Shown: positions 30,634 to 40,448 of the stretch, piece after piece
Layout of the letters: the number at the start of each line of letters is the position of its first letter
How positions within the stretch are numbered: position 1 is the stretch's first letter
NCBI GenBank assembly: GCA_965227295.1
Contig: OZ245742.1
Span: forward strand, 2,144,001 to 2,208,000
Length of the DNA: 64,000 bases
Direction of reading: 5' to 3'
Source of the DNA: Leptonemataceae bacterium
GTDB taxonomy: Bacteria > Spirochaetota > Leptospiria > Leptospirales > Leptonemataceae
Position numbers and translations under genes: made by a program
Notes under the pieces: model-generated
The model's database searches: none
Told to the model about the DNA's origin: nothing
Seen by the model: the letters and a program-made list of their open reading frames with translations, nothing else

Positions 30634-31284
30634 CTAATCTTCCAACAACCCCGCCGCGGCCGCCTTCTTCGCCAGCTCGCTGCGATTGTGCACGTTGAGC
30701 TTCTTGTAAATGTTCTTCGCGTGATGGTTTACCGTATGCACGCTGCACTGCAAAATGTCGGCCACCCGCGCGATCGTTTTGCCGTTCACCATGAGTTCGA
30801 GGATTTGTTTTTCACGATCCGTGAGGTGCGCGTCGATCAGCGTGTTGGATTTACGAAAACTCGTCAGCACGCGCAACGCTATGGTCGGCGTGATCGTGGC
30901 GCCGCCGCCGAGGACGGTGCGTACCGTTTCGCCGATGTCCTTGAGCTCGGACTTCAACAGATAACCGACGGCGCCGTTGCGCAGGGCCTGGAAGATGAGC
31001 TGGTCGGAGTTGAGGTTCGAGAGCATGACGATGCGAATGTCCGGATCGCGTTCGGTGATCTTGCCGGCGAGTTCCACGCCGTCCATGCCGCCGAGTTTGA
31101 TGTCCAGCAAAAGCAAATCCAGATCGCGTCCGGCCGGGTCGCGCCAGTAGCTCTCCGCCGAATCCCAGGTCTGGATCGAGGCGATCTCTTCCGGCATCTC
31201 CGTCAGGGCCGCCTGGATTTTCTCCACGTAGGCGGCGTCGTTTTCGACCAGGCCCACGCGAACCGCGCTGTGTGCTTCCGTCAT
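30634..31284 (-). CDS. NarL/LuxR-family response regulator (RR1)
   Basis: REC (LLDIKL, GYLLK) plus HTH 'LTDREKQILEL...IYKKLNV'. Confidence 0.95.
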   Translation of the reverse strand: MTEAHSAVRVGLVENDAAYVEKIQAALTEMPEEIASIQTWDSAESYWRDPAGRDLDLLLLDIKLGGMDGVELAGKITERDPDIRIVMLSNLNSDQLIFQALRNGAVGYLLKSELKDIGETVRTVLGGGATITPTIALRVLTSFRKSNTLIDAHLTDREKQILELMVNGKTIARVADILQCSVHTVNHHAKNIYKKLNVHNRSELAKKAAAAGLLED

Positions 31285-31317
31285 GCCGGTATTCTAAACG
31301 ATTCGCGGGGAAGCGCA

Positions 31318-31335
31318 ATCACATAATCATGTGAT
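31318..31335 (-). promoter_or_regulatory. Palindromic activator-box candidate upstream of RR1
   Basis: ATCACAT-AATC-ATGTGAT; on the minus strand followed after 21 nt by TAGAAT and 6 nt later by ATG. Confidence 0.7.
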
Positions 31336-31346
31336 ATTCGCGGCAA

Positions 31347-34300
31347 TCAAAGAGACAGCGGAACGCGCACGTTGATCTCGATCACGCGAGCCTTCGCGCG
31401 CACCGCCAGCGTGCTCCCGCCGTCCGGCTCTTCGCCATCGTGCATGGTCATCTGGATCGCCCCGCCGATGTCCGAGAGCCGGCGGATCATGCCGGCGGTG
31501 CCGCGGCCGGCTCCCTGGCGTTCGAGCCGGTAGTACGAATCGCTCCGGAAGTCCACTCTCAGCTCGTCCTCGTTCCACTGGAAGCGCCAGCGCGTCTCGC
31601 CGGCGCCGTACTTCAGGTCGTTCGTGGCGATTTCCTTCAGCACCGCGTAGAGTGTCGCCGTGCGATCCTTGCCCAGGCGGCCGGAGAGCAGCTCGCGATC
31701 TTCCTCCGGCGCGAAGAAGTCGATCTCCCGTCCGGCCTCGACGTAGCGACGCAGGATGATCAAATGCATGCCGGCGATAAAGTCCGATTCAAGTAAAGTT
31801 AAGTCCTCCAGGCTCAGCAAATCCGAACGCAGCAGATGGACCGCGTCTCGCACCATGGTCTGCAAACGTTCGGCGAAGTCGGCGTCCACCCGGGGGTTCG
31901 AACGCGCCGCGTCGCTCAGCAATTGCAAATCCGTAAGGCTCGCGCCGAGGTGATCGTGCAGGTCCGAGTTGATGCGCGCGCGTTCCTGTTGCGCGGCCTC
32001 GCGGATGCGCACCTCGCTTCGCTGCGCGTCGCGGTGACTGCGGGACAACGAGACGAGGTTGTTGATGCGAAACAGAAACTCTTCGCGTTCGAAGGGTTTC
32101 GTTAAGTAGTCGTTGGCGCCGGCATCCATGGCGGCCAGCAGGTCGTCCGTCTGCGTGCGTGCGGTAACCATGAGGATCGGCAGTTCGGCGAGGCCGTGGG
32201 TTTCGCGCAGCCGCCGCGCCAGTTCCAGGCCGCTCATGTGCGGCATCATCACGTCGAGGACCACCGCGTCTGGAAGACGGCCGGAGTCAAGCAGGCGCTC
32301 CGCCTCCAGGCCGCCGGAAGCGAGCAGGGCGCTACAGTCCGCGAGTTCGAGATAGTTGCGCATTACCTCGAGGTTCACCGGCTCGTCGTCCACGAGTAAG
32401 ATGATCGGGCGCTCCGCGTCCACGGGAGTCTCCGCGCTGATCGGTGCGTCGAGATACGGCAACGCGTCGAGGGCATAGCGCGGCGGAGCTTCGCTCTCCG
32501 CCGGGGCTTCGCCGGCCGCCGTGGGGATCGTGAAGAAGAACAGCGAGCCTTCGCCCGGCCGCGACTGCACGCCGATGCGCCCGCCGTGTAGCTCCACCAG
32601 GCGTCGCGTAATCGAAAGGCCGAGGCCGGTACCGCCGGAGCGCGGCGAGTCGTCGCCCTCCAACTGGACGAAACTCTCGAAGATCAGCTCCAGCATGTCC
32701 GCGGGGATGCCGGCGCCGGTATCCCGAACGGAGACCTCGATCAGCTCTTTATCTAACATGGTCGCACTAATTATTATTAAACCGTCTTTAGTGTGTTTGA
32801 GGGCGTTGCCCACAAGATTGTGTAGGATTTGTTCCAGGCGCGCTTCGTCCGCGAGCACCGCGCGCAGGTCTTCCGGCACCTCGTTGCGAATTTCCACCCG
32901 GGGATGCGTAGCGCCCTGGCTGTTTGTGAGGCCCGGCCGCAGCAGGTCCACCACGACCCGGGCGATGGCATGCAGGTTCACGGGGCGGCGCTTGAGAGTC
33001 AGTTCGTTGTTGCGCAGCTTTTCGAAGTCCAGGATGTCGTTGACCAGGTTCGCCAGGCGCCGGCCGCTCCGGGAAATCAATCTTAAGTTATGCGCCGTGC
33101 GTTCGGGATCGTTCGCGCCCACGCCGGCCAGGAGCGAATCGGAAATGCCGATGATGCCGATCAGCGGCGTCCGCAGTTCGTGGGACGTGTTCGCGAGAAA
33201 CTCGTCCTTCAACGCGTCGAGTTCCTCCATGCGTTTCAGGGCGGAGTTCTGAGCGGCCTCTTTTTCCAGGTGCAGCCGGCCCACCTTCGTCGCCAGGGCG
33301 GAGGCCATGCACATGACGACGATTATAAAACCCGGCGCGGTGAGATACGGGCCCTGGTACACATTGTAAAAGAGCGAGAAGTCGTTCAGTACGCTCAGGA
33401 TCATGAACAAAAAACCCGCGGCGATGATGCGCGCCCCCGGTTTGCGAGCCGGGATGCCGCGGACGACGAGATACGCGAAGTAGCCCAGGCTGAAGACGAT
33501 CGCCGCGAACTCGGACGGCACGATGTACTTTGTGTGCAGAGCCGAGAGCGGCTCGGAGAAACGCGACACCAACCAGGATGTGACGAAGATCGCGGTTACC
33601 GCGAGCATGCCGCGCGTCACGATGCGCGAGCGCGCGCCGAAGAACTCGTTCCCGAACAGGATCACCCACATGCCGGCCGTGGCGATGCAGTAGTTCGTGA
33701 GCATCTTATGCCAGAACCAGTCCTCGAAGGTCCAGACCATCAGCTTCCAGTAACCGATGGAAAACGCGGCGAAGCAGAGACACATCATGCCGAAGATCAG
33801 GTTCTCGCGTTCGGCGCGGCGTCCGAAGAACAGGATCAGGTGATACGCGGCGATGAAGACAAAACCCGCCGCGAAGAGGGCCTGTCGCGTCAGGTAACCT
33901 ACGAGGCGGCCCATGACTTCATCCGCGCGGCCGAGTTCGAAGCGGCCGTGGGTCGGTCCGCCGTTCCCGCCGTAGCCGGCGACACGCAGCGCCAGCACGT
34001 TGGAATCGTTCCGGCGCAGCAGACGTTCGGGAATGACGAACACGTCGAAGTTGATCATGCGCGCGAGCAATTCCCCCCGCGGCCCGATCTTCCCGCGCCC
34101 GCCGAACTTTTCGCCGTTGAAGTAGACCTCGAACGCGGTTTCGAGGGGCGGCAGCGCGATGGCCAGGTCGTTGTGCGGCCAATCGCTTAGATCGACGTGC
34201 AACCGGTACCAGCCGTTCGCCGTGCCGCGGTAGCCCTGTTTCTCCCAGCCGGCGCCCATGCGCAACAGCGTCCAGTCGTCGTCCGTTAAGTTCGGATCTT

Positions 34301-34457
34301 TGAAAGTTAGATCGTCCCCGGTGTGAAAGCGCCACTCGCCGTAGGCCGCGAACACGTCCCGGCTGCCGTCGAGGGAGATGGTTCCGTTTACGGCCTCGGC
34401 GAACAGCGGCGACGCGCACGCGAACAGAGCCAGGACGATGAGAGCGATGCGGGACAT
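31347..34457 (-). CDS. Hybrid sensor kinase HK1: extracellular sugar-binding-like + 7TM + HisKA + HATPase + REC + HisKA_3/HATPase-like
   Basis: EWRFHTGD...WYR N-domain, 7 TM, SHELRTP, NLVGNALK, DTGAG, GTGLGL, LDVMMP, DLHDHLGA. Confidence 0.92.
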   Translation of the reverse strand: MSRIALIVLALFACASPLFAEAVNGTISLDGSRDVFAAYGEWRFHTGDDLTFKDPNLTDDDWTLLRMGAGWEKQGYRGTANGWYRLHVDLSDWPHNDLAIALPPLETAFEVYFNGEKFGGRGKIGPRGELLARMINFDVFVIPERLLRRNDSNVLALRVAGYGGNGGPTHGRFELGRADEVMGRLVGYLTRQALFAAGFVFIAAYHLILFFGRRAERENLIFGMMCLCFAAFSIGYWKLMVWTFEDWFWHKMLTNYCIATAGMWVILFGNEFFGARSRIVTRGMLAVTAIFVTSWLVSRFSEPLSALHTKYIVPSEFAAIVFSLGYFAYLVVRGIPARKPGARIIAAGFLFMILSVLNDFSLFYNVYQGPYLTAPGFIIVVMCMASALATKVGRLHLEKEAAQNSALKRMEELDALKDEFLANTSHELRTPLIGIIGISDSLLAGVGANDPERTAHNLRLISRSGRRLANLVNDILDFEKLRNNELTLKRRPVNLHAIARVVVDLLRPGLTNSQGATHPRVEIRNEVPEDLRAVLADEARLEQILHNLVGNALKHTKDGLIIISATMLDKELIEVSVRDTGAGIPADMLELIFESFVQLEGDDSPRSGGTGLGLSITRRLVELHGGRIGVQSRPGEGSLFFFTIPTAAGEAPAESEAPPRYALDALPYLDAPISAETPVDAERPIILLVDDEPVNLEVMRNYLELADCSALLASGGLEAERLLDSGRLPDAVVLDVMMPHMSGLELARRLRETHGLAELPILMVTARTQTDDLLAAMDAGANDYLTKPFEREEFLFRINNLVSLSRSHRDAQRSEVRIREAAQQERARINSDLHDHLGASLTDLQLLSDAARSNPRVDADFAERLQTMVRDAVHLLRSDLLSLEDLTLLESDFIAGMHLIILRRYVEAGREIDFFAPEEDRELLSGRLGKDRTATLYAVLKEIATNDLKYGAGETRWRFQWNEDELRVDFRSDSYYRLERQGAGRGTAGMIRRLSDIGGAIQMTMHDGEEPDGGSTLAVRAKARVIEINVRVPLSL

Positions 34458-34616
34458 CCGGGGAAACTTTACGATCGTCCCCGCGGGCGCGCCACAAAGA
34501 AAGTACCCCGCCGGGAATTGCCGGCGGGGCGAGGGTATTCTTCTGCAATAAACAAGGACACGTCCCCTTCCCGGGGGTTCGTAAGATCATACTACACGAT
34601 GGGCGGGGTTGGGGCT

Positions 34617-34634
34617 ATCCCATGAACATGTAGG
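34617..34634 (-). promoter_or_regulatory. Palindromic activator-box candidate upstream of HK1
   Basis: ATCCCAT-GAAC-ATGTAGG; TAGTAT 22 nt downstream on the minus strand. Confidence 0.6.
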
Positions 34635-34651
34635 TTTTGTGCAGGGGAGAA

Positions 34652-34948
34652 CTAAAGCCGCTCTTTCCAGAAGTCCGGATGGCGGTAATGGTTCTTTACG
34701 GCGATGATTCGAATTGCTGTCGCATCGAAGGAATACAGGATTCCGTATGGGAATCGGTCCATATTGTAGCAACGCCATGGAGGGTCGGTTACCGGATAGC
34801 CTGCCGGCAGGGTCTGGATGGATTTCAGGCCGGCTTGAAATGCAGCCATGAACTCTCGCCCCAGGCCTCGCGCACGTTGTTCATAGAACACGAATGCGTC
34901 CGCCAGATCGGCACGGGCGAATGAGCTGATTTCAACGATTCTTTTCAA
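34652..34948 (-). CDS. Type II toxin, RelE/ParE family
   Basis: ARADL..A..FYE...GLG.EF, RFPYGILY, IIAV.N..R.P.FW. Confidence 0.9.
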   Translation of the reverse strand: MKRIVEISSFARADLADAFVFYEQRARGLGREFMAAFQAGLKSIQTLPAGYPVTDPPWRCYNMDRFPYGILYSFDATAIRIIAVKNHYRHPDFWKERL

Positions 34949-35171
34949 ATTCGGCGAATATCTCCGTGATCACCTCTTCCACGGGACGGTAGTGCGCCTC
35001 ACCTTTTAGATGCAGCTCATGCCGGCGCTGGATTTCATCCTTCCACGCCTGATCGATCCGCGCCTGTTCCTCCGGCGAAATATCTTCCGCGAGTTCAATG
35101 CGCAGAATTTCGCGCTCGTCGGGAGAAAGTTCCCGGGCCGCGCGGAGAACCTCGTCGAGGGTCATGGACAT
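34932..35171 (-). CDS. Addiction-module antitoxin (TIGR02574-like)
   Basis: 'L..A..LSP.ER..L...IDQAW.DEI.RR'; overlaps the toxin start. Confidence 0.85.
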   Translation of the reverse strand: MSMTLDEVLRAARELSPDEREILRIELAEDISPEEQARIDQAWKDEIQRRHELHLKGEAHYRPVEEVITEIFAEFEKNR

Positions 35172-35220
35172 ACCGGATCATACCGCGACCAGCCAGGTCT
35201 TCGCAAGCAAAAATCCCTGC

Positions 35221-36309
35221 TCAATCACACGTCGCGTACATCGCCCGGTTGGGACCGGCGCTCGACACGGCCACAAAGGTGCCGTTGCTGTAGCTCACGT
35301 CGCGCCAGGTGCCGGGTAGCGCCGGCCGCGCGGTCCAGTTGATGCCGTCCGGAGAGGTCATGATACGGTTGGTTCCGTCGAGGGATGTGGCCACGAACAG
35401 GCCGTCGCCGTAGGTCACCGAGTTCCACTGGTTGGCTTCGGCGGCCGCATGCGCGGTCCAGTTGATGCCGTCGCTGGAAGCCATCACCTGGTTCGTGCCG
35501 GTGCTGGCCACGGAAACATACCGGCCGTTCCCGAAGCTTACAGCCTGCCAGTTGTTCAGTTCGGGAGTCGTCCGCGGCGTCCAGTTGATGCCGTCTGCCG
35601 AGGTCATGACCCGATTCGCTCCGGAGACGCCTACCGCGACAAACTGTCCGTTGGCGTACGTTAAGTTCGTCCAGAATTCCACACTGGCGGGCGTACGCGG
35701 GGTCCAGGTCGCGCCGTCGGGAGACGTCATGACCTGGTTCGTTCCGTCGAAGGACAGAGTCACGAAGAGTCCGTTCCCATGGGTGACGGCGACCCAGCCG
35801 TTGGCCTCGGCGGCCATGTGCGGTGTCCAGGTCACTCCGTCGCTGGAACGCATGACCCGGTTGCTTCCATCAAACGAAACGGCGACGTACATGCCGTTCC
35901 CGTAGGTGACGGAGAACCAGCCGTTCAGCTCGGCGGCACTTTGCTGCGTCCAGTTGATGCCGTCCGGCGAGGTCATCACGCGGGTCGCACTGGTGTCCCC
36001 CACCGCCACGAACTGGCCGTCGCCGTGGCTTACGCTATACCAGGGGTCCGTCGCGGTGGCGGCCTGGAAATTCAAGAGATCGTCCGAGCAGTCGATGGCC
36101 GTTGCCGTATCGCCGGCCGCGGTGTCATCCGTCGCGGCTTGCGTCCCGGGCGCGCCGCCGCCGAGGGCGCCCAGGAGCGCAAGTGCGGACAGATCGCTGC
36201 CGGCGGACTCGCCGGACTGGACGCCCGTCACCGGATGAAAGATGCAGTTAGCGCCGAACGAAAGGGCGGCGGCGCACAGGATGAGCCGGATGGATGTGAT
36301 GCGAATCAT
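35221..36309 (-). CDS. Lipoprotein with seven ~41-aa BNR/Asp-box-like repeats (beta-propeller), paralog A
   Basis: Lipobox-like GANC; repeats W..VTYGNG.FVAV...TN.VMTSPDG.NWT. Confidence 0.85.
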   Translation of the reverse strand: MIRITSIRLILCAAALSFGANCIFHPVTGVQSGESAGSDLSALALLGALGGGAPGTQAATDDTAAGDTATAIDCSDDLLNFQAATATDPWYSVSHGDGQFVAVGDTSATRVMTSPDGINWTQQSAAELNGWFSVTYGNGMYVAVSFDGSNRVMRSSDGVTWTPHMAAEANGWVAVTHGNGLFVTLSFDGTNQVMTSPDGATWTPRTPASVEFWTNLTYANGQFVAVGVSGANRVMTSADGINWTPRTTPELNNWQAVSFGNGRYVSVASTGTNQVMASSDGINWTAHAAAEANQWNSVTYGDGLFVATSLDGTNRIMTSPDGINWTARPALPGTWRDVSYSNGTFVAVSSAGPNRAMYATCD

Positions 36310-36350
36310 GAAAGCTGCCCGCAGTCTACATGATGCGCGGGGATTGCGGT

Positions 36351-36368
36351 ATCACATGAATATGTAGG
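36351..36368 (-). promoter_or_regulatory. Palindromic activator-box candidate upstream of lipoprotein A
   Basis: ATCACAT-GAAT-ATGTAGG; TAGACT 22 nt downstream on the minus strand. Confidence 0.65.
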
Positions 36369-36386
36369 TTTTGCGGGAGGGCGACG

Positions 36387-36812
36387 CTACGGATAAACGG
36401 CCTGGTAGGTGCCGCAGTTGCCTTCCGAAGCGAAGATATAATACGCGCATTCCGTACAGTCCGCCGCGCAGCTTTCGGCGTCCGAGCAGGTTGAGTTGCC
36501 TGCGTTGTAAACCAGGATCGTGGGGAGCCTTGTTCCCCCGCCGGGGCAGCGGTAAGTTCCAGTACAGAGACGCCGAATGCAGACGCCGTGGTTTGCTACC
36601 GCGGGGCAGGGGCCGTTCCAGGGCAGTCCCGGAGTACCGACGGTAGCTGTGACGCCCTGGCAGACACCGTCCACCCGGAGCGCATGCCCGGTGACGGGAA
36701 TCTGTAGAATCAGCAGCGTCTCCGCGGTCTCGCGTGCATGATCGTCATCGCTCCGGCAAGCGGGAACGATACAGAGCAAACACAGAAAGTAGAGTGGCAA
36801 TCTCGATCGCAT
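36387..36812 (-). CDS. Cys-rich putative lipoprotein
   Basis: Signal peptide with VPAC lipobox; about 10 further Cys in the mature region. Confidence 0.7.
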   Translation of the reverse strand: MRSRLPLYFLCLLCIVPACRSDDDHARETAETLLILQIPVTGHALRVDGVCQGVTATVGTPGLPWNGPCPAVANHGVCIRRLCTGTYRCPGGGTRLPTILVYNAGNSTCSDAESCAADCTECAYYIFASEGNCGTYQAVYP

Positions 36813-36880
36813 AACCGGGAGCGGCCCTTGTTACATGTATATACCCCGGCGCCCCATGTGTCTCATATGCGTTGAAAAAA

Positions 36881-36898
36881 CCCACATGATCGTGGGAT
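36881..36898 (+). promoter_or_regulatory. Palindromic activator-box candidate upstream of the lactonase-like gene
   Basis: CCCACAT-GATC-GTGGGAT; TACACT 22 nt downstream, ATG 7 nt after that. Confidence 0.65.
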
Positions 36899-36933
36899 GG
36901 TGCATCCGAAGATCATCCACTACACTGCGGCCC

Positions 36934-37665
36934 ATGTTGTGCGCAAGTGGCCATTCTATACAGCCTGCAAGTTTCGCGAACCAGGGCAGCAATGACGTCT
37001 CGATGTATACGATCGACCAGACGAGCGGAGCACTCACCGCGAACGGCAATGTCGGCGCCGGCGCGAATCCCGCGGCGATGGCCATCGATCCCACCGGGCG
37101 TTACGCCTACGCCGTCGACCAGGCCTCCGCTGTCGTGCTGATGTACACGATCACTGCGGGCACCGGAACGCTGGTGGCGAACGGTAGTATCACGACCGGG
37201 GGTGGCACCGTTCCGGTCGGAGTCAGCGTGGACGCCACGGGCAGCTACGTGTACGCGGTCAACAATACCGGCGACAGCATTGCCATGTACGTGATCAATA
37301 CCGGCACCGGAACGTTGACGGCAAACGGCACGATTGCTTCCGGCAGCTCGGGCGCTTCGTCTATCCTTGCCGTCCCCGGGAATCATCTCTACGTAAGCAA
37401 TCAGCTAACTGATACTTATTCAGTGTTTACGATCGACACCGGATCCGGCACGCTGACTTCCGGCGGACTCGCCGCGGCCGCCGGCTTTCAACCGAACTCC
37501 CTGGCCGCCGGGCCGAACGGGAAATTCCTCTACGGGGGCGAACCCGGCCTCGGCCAGGTGGCGGCGTATACGATCGACTCGTCCACCGGCGCCCTGAGCG
37601 CGAACGGGATACTCGGCGGCATGACGTCGCCGGAGGAAATCGCGGTGGCGAGTTATGCGCAGTAG
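36934..37665 (+). CDS. Lactonase/YVTN-type beta-propeller protein, apparently N-terminally truncated
   Basis: About 5 repeats 'Y.V/AN....VSMYTID..TG.LT.NG'; no signal peptide. Confidence 0.7.
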   Translation: MLCASGHSIQPASFANQGSNDVSMYTIDQTSGALTANGNVGAGANPAAMAIDPTGRYAYAVDQASAVVLMYTITAGTGTLVANGSITTGGGTVPVGVSVDATGSYVYAVNNTGDSIAMYVINTGTGTLTANGTIASGSSGASSILAVPGNHLYVSNQLTDTYSVFTIDTGSGTLTSGGLAAAAGFQPNSLAAGPNGKFLYGGEPGLGQVAAYTIDSSTGALSANGILGGMTSPEEIAVASYAQ

Positions 37666-37721
37666 GGTTAAGAATCTTTTTACAGGAGTTAGAGAGGATG
37701 AGAGGCGTGAGTTCTGGACGT

Positions 37722-38276
37722 TTAGAACAATTTCGCCAGGTCCAGTTCGCCGGAAAGCAGGGGAAGCGTTGCGGGTGCCCGGAGCACGGAGTGCGCCGTG
37801 TATCCGCCCTCTCGCGGCTCACTGTATACCTCGATGTTCGCTTCATGGACGTTCAGGATCATATACGTCGGCACATCGGCCCGGGCGTAGATGGCCGCTT
37901 TTTCGCGATCGTAGCTCAGCGAGGTGTCCGCGATCTCCACGACAAGCAGTGCCGTGGTCGGATGTGTTTCCAGGTACCGCTCCGCCGGCCCATCGACAAC
38001 GGACAGGTCGGGCTCCAGCTCGGAGCGGTCGATGGAGAGCGGTAGCTCGGTGCGAAGAATCGCCTTGTCCGGAGTGAGCGGGCGAAGCAGCTCCGCGAGG
38101 GTATAGCTGAAGTACGAGTGCCGGGTGCCTTTGGTCCTCTTGCGTACGATGAGGCCGTCGAAGAGCTCGGTTTTTGCATCGAGCCGGCCCGATTCGCAAA
38201 GTACATGGTACTGATCCAGATTCAAACGAACGATGTGCTCGCGGATGGCGGGGTTTTCCAGAACGATGGGATGCAT
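37722..38276 (-). CDS. Uma2-family endonuclease
   Basis: TELFDG, EPDL.V, LVVEIADTSLSYDREK..IYA...VP.Y. Confidence 0.9.
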   Translation of the reverse strand: MHPIVLENPAIREHIVRLNLDQYHVLCESGRLDAKTELFDGLIVRKRTKGTRHSYFSYTLAELLRPLTPDKAILRTELPLSIDRSELEPDLSVVDGPAERYLETHPTTALLVVEIADTSLSYDREKAAIYARADVPTYMILNVHEANIEVYSEPREGGYTAHSVLRAPATLPLLSGELDLAKLF

Positions 38277-38344
38277 GCGGCCCTCACTATTGAGTGTATA
38301 GCGGGATTTCAACGGGCACAAGCGCTTTTTGCCGCACCCACACC

Positions 38345-39448
38345 TCAATCACAATCTGCATACATCACCCGGTTCGTCCCGTCACTGGACACCGCGACGA
38401 AGCGGCCGTTGTTGTACGTAACGCTCCGCCAGTTATTCGCCTCCGGCGCAATCTGGCCCGTCCAGGTGATGCCGTCCGGCGAGGTCATAATGCGATTGGT
38501 GCCGTTCTGGGAAACAGCCACAAACAGGCCGTCGCCGTAGCCCAGGCCGCGCCATGCGTTCGCCTCGGGGGTGGCTTGCGCCGTCCAGGTGATGGCGTCC
38601 GGAGACGTCATGATTGCGCCGCTGATTGCGACGGCGACATAGAGGTTGTTGGCGTGGATCACCTGCCACCATTGTTCCGCGGCCGCCGCCGCGCGGGGCG
38701 TCCAGGTCGCGCCGTCGGGGGATGTCATGACCCGGTTCGTGCCGGTGGCAGAGACGGCGACGAAGAGCCCGTTCCCGTAGGTCAGTCCGGCCCATGCGTT
38801 CGCCTCGGCGGCCATGTGCGGCGTCCAGCTGACACCGTCGGGGGATGTCATGACCCGGTTCGTGCCGTTCCCGGCGACGGCCACGTAGAGCCCGTTTCCG
38901 TAGGTCAGTTGGAGCCACGTGTTCGCCTCGGCGGCCATGTGCGGCGTCCAGGCCGCGGCGTCCGTGGATGTCATGACCCGGTTGGTGCCGTCCTGGGAAA
39001 GTGCGACGAAGAGGCCGTTCCCATCGACAATGTCGGTCCACTGGTTCGGTTCCGCGGCCGCCTGAGGCGTCCAGGTGAGGCCGTCCGTGGACGTCATGAC
39101 CCGGTTTGTACCGTCCTGAGAAACCGCCGCGTACAGCCCGCCGCCGTACGTCACGCCCCACCACTGGTTGGCCTCGGCGGCGCTGGCCACCTGGAAGTTC
39201 AGCGGCGCATCGTCCGAGCAATCGAGGGCGGCCGCCCCCGTTCCGGCATCATCGGCCGCATCTTCCGCAGACCCCGCCACGGCTGCGCTGCCGCCGAGGA
39301 GGCCCAGTAACGCGAGCGCGGATAGATCGCCGTCGTCAGCGGAGTCGCCGGGCAGAATTCCGGTGACTGGATGATAGACGCATCCGCTAAACAACCACAG
39401 AGCAGCAGTTAGCAGGGCATGTCGGATCGATGTGCTGCGAGAGTACAT
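38345..39448 (-). CDS. Lipoprotein with seven ~41-aa BNR/Asp-box-like repeats, paralog B
   Basis: FSGC lipobox; AAEAN.W..TYGNGLFVAV...GTNRVMTSPDG..WT repeats; paralog of 35221-36309. Confidence 0.85.
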   Translation of the reverse strand: MYSRSTSIRHALLTAALWLFSGCVYHPVTGILPGDSADDGDLSALALLGLLGGSAAVAGSAEDAADDAGTGAAALDCSDDAPLNFQVASAAEANQWWGVTYGGGLYAAVSQDGTNRVMTSTDGLTWTPQAAAEPNQWTDIVDGNGLFVALSQDGTNRVMTSTDAAAWTPHMAAEANTWLQLTYGNGLYVAVAGNGTNRVMTSPDGVSWTPHMAAEANAWAGLTYGNGLFVAVSATGTNRVMTSPDGATWTPRAAAAAEQWWQVIHANNLYVAVAISGAIMTSPDAITWTAQATPEANAWRGLGYGDGLFVAVSQNGTNRIMTSPDGITWTGQIAPEANNWRSVTYNNGRFVAVSSDGTNRVMYADCD

Positions 39449-39505
39449 AATCAGATGCGATACTTATTCGCATCTTAAACTATATACATCACACCGGAGC
39501 GCGCC

Positions 39506-39523
39506 ATCCCACGAACGTGGGGT
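39506..39523 (-). promoter_or_regulatory. Palindromic activator-box candidate upstream of lipoprotein B
   Basis: ATCCCAC-GAAC-GTGGGGT; TATAGT 21 nt downstream on the minus strand. Confidence 0.65.
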
Positions 39524-39537
39524 TTTTCCGCACATCC

Positions 39538-39624
39538 TCAATCACAGCTCGCGTATATCGACTTCGAGATCCCGCCGTATGCGGTGAGCAGAGTTTGCTG
39601 GATGGACAGAATGCGTAGATGCAT
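39538..39624 (-). pseudogene. 28-codon internally deleted remnant of a third propeller-lipoprotein paralog
   Basis: MHLRILSIQQTLLTAYGGISKSIYASCD*; N-terminus resembles paralog B (MYSRSTSIRHALLTA), C-terminus resembles YADCD*/YATCD*. Confidence 0.6.
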
Positions 39625-39794
39625 GGAAGCGAGTCCGCTATGATCTATAACAACTCAGACGAGTCGATTCATGCGCGCTGTGCTCGAGGCCGTCCGCGCT
39701 CTCGTTGTCGCCGGGGGGAGCGATCATACATGACAAAGCTTTCAATAGAAAAACGTCAGATCCCGGCAAACCCGGCAAGCGAGGCCTTGCTCTC

Positions 39795-40448
39795 TCAATC
39801 TTCCAGCAGACCCGCCGCGGCCGCACGCGCGGCCAGCTCGGAACGATTGTGCACTTCGAGCTTACGATAGATCGTGCGCGCGTGATGATGGATCGTATGA
39901 TATGAACAACCCAGGATATCCGCCACTTTCGCAAGGGTCTTGCCGGTGGCCAGGAGCTGGAGCACCTGTTTCTCGCGCTCGGTCAAATCGCCGCCGAGCA
40001 CGGGATTCGATTCGCGGAAACTCGAAAGCACGCGCAGCGCGATGGTCGGCGTAATCGTGGCGCCGCCGTCGAGTACGGTGCGCAGCGTGGCGGTCACATC
40101 TTCCAGTTGCGTTTTGAGTAGATAACCCACGGCACCGTTGCGCAGGGCCTGGAAGATGGCACGATCCGAGTTGAGATTCGTGAGCATGATCACGCGCGTA
40201 TCCGGGCGGCGCCGGGCGATCATTTCGGCGAGTTCGACGCCGTCCATCTTGCCGAGCTGAATGTCCAGGAACAACACGTCGATGTTACGACCCGCGCGAT
40301 CGTTCCAGAACGCCTCGGCGGAATCCCACTGCAACACGCGCTTTACATCGGGGGATTGCTCCAGTTCCGCGGCGATGCGTTGGCGAAACACGGGATCGTC
40401 CTCCACAAGTCCGACCCGGACCGGTTCGCGCTGTTCTTTGTCACTCAC
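39795..40448 (-). CDS. NarL/LuxR-family response regulator (RR2)
   Basis: REC plus LuxR HTH; close paralog of RR1 (both end HNRSELA..AAAAGLLED). Confidence 0.95.
   Translation of the reverse strand: MSDKEQREPVRVGLVEDDPVFRQRIAAELEQSPDVKRVLQWDSAEAFWNDRAGRNIDVLFLDIQLGKMDGVELAEMIARRRPDTRVIMLTNLNSDRAIFQALRNGAVGYLLKTQLEDVTATLRTVLDGGATITPTIALRVLSSFRESNPVLGGDLTEREKQVLQLLATGKTLAKVADILGCSYHTIHHHARTIYRKLEVHNRSELAARAAAAGLLED

Noticed and set aside
34506..34529. Hairpin CCCCGCCGG-GAATTG-CCGGCGGGG upstream of HK1 as a terminator or riboswitch
   Set aside because: No directly adjacent U-tract and no recognisable aptamer; function cannot be assigned
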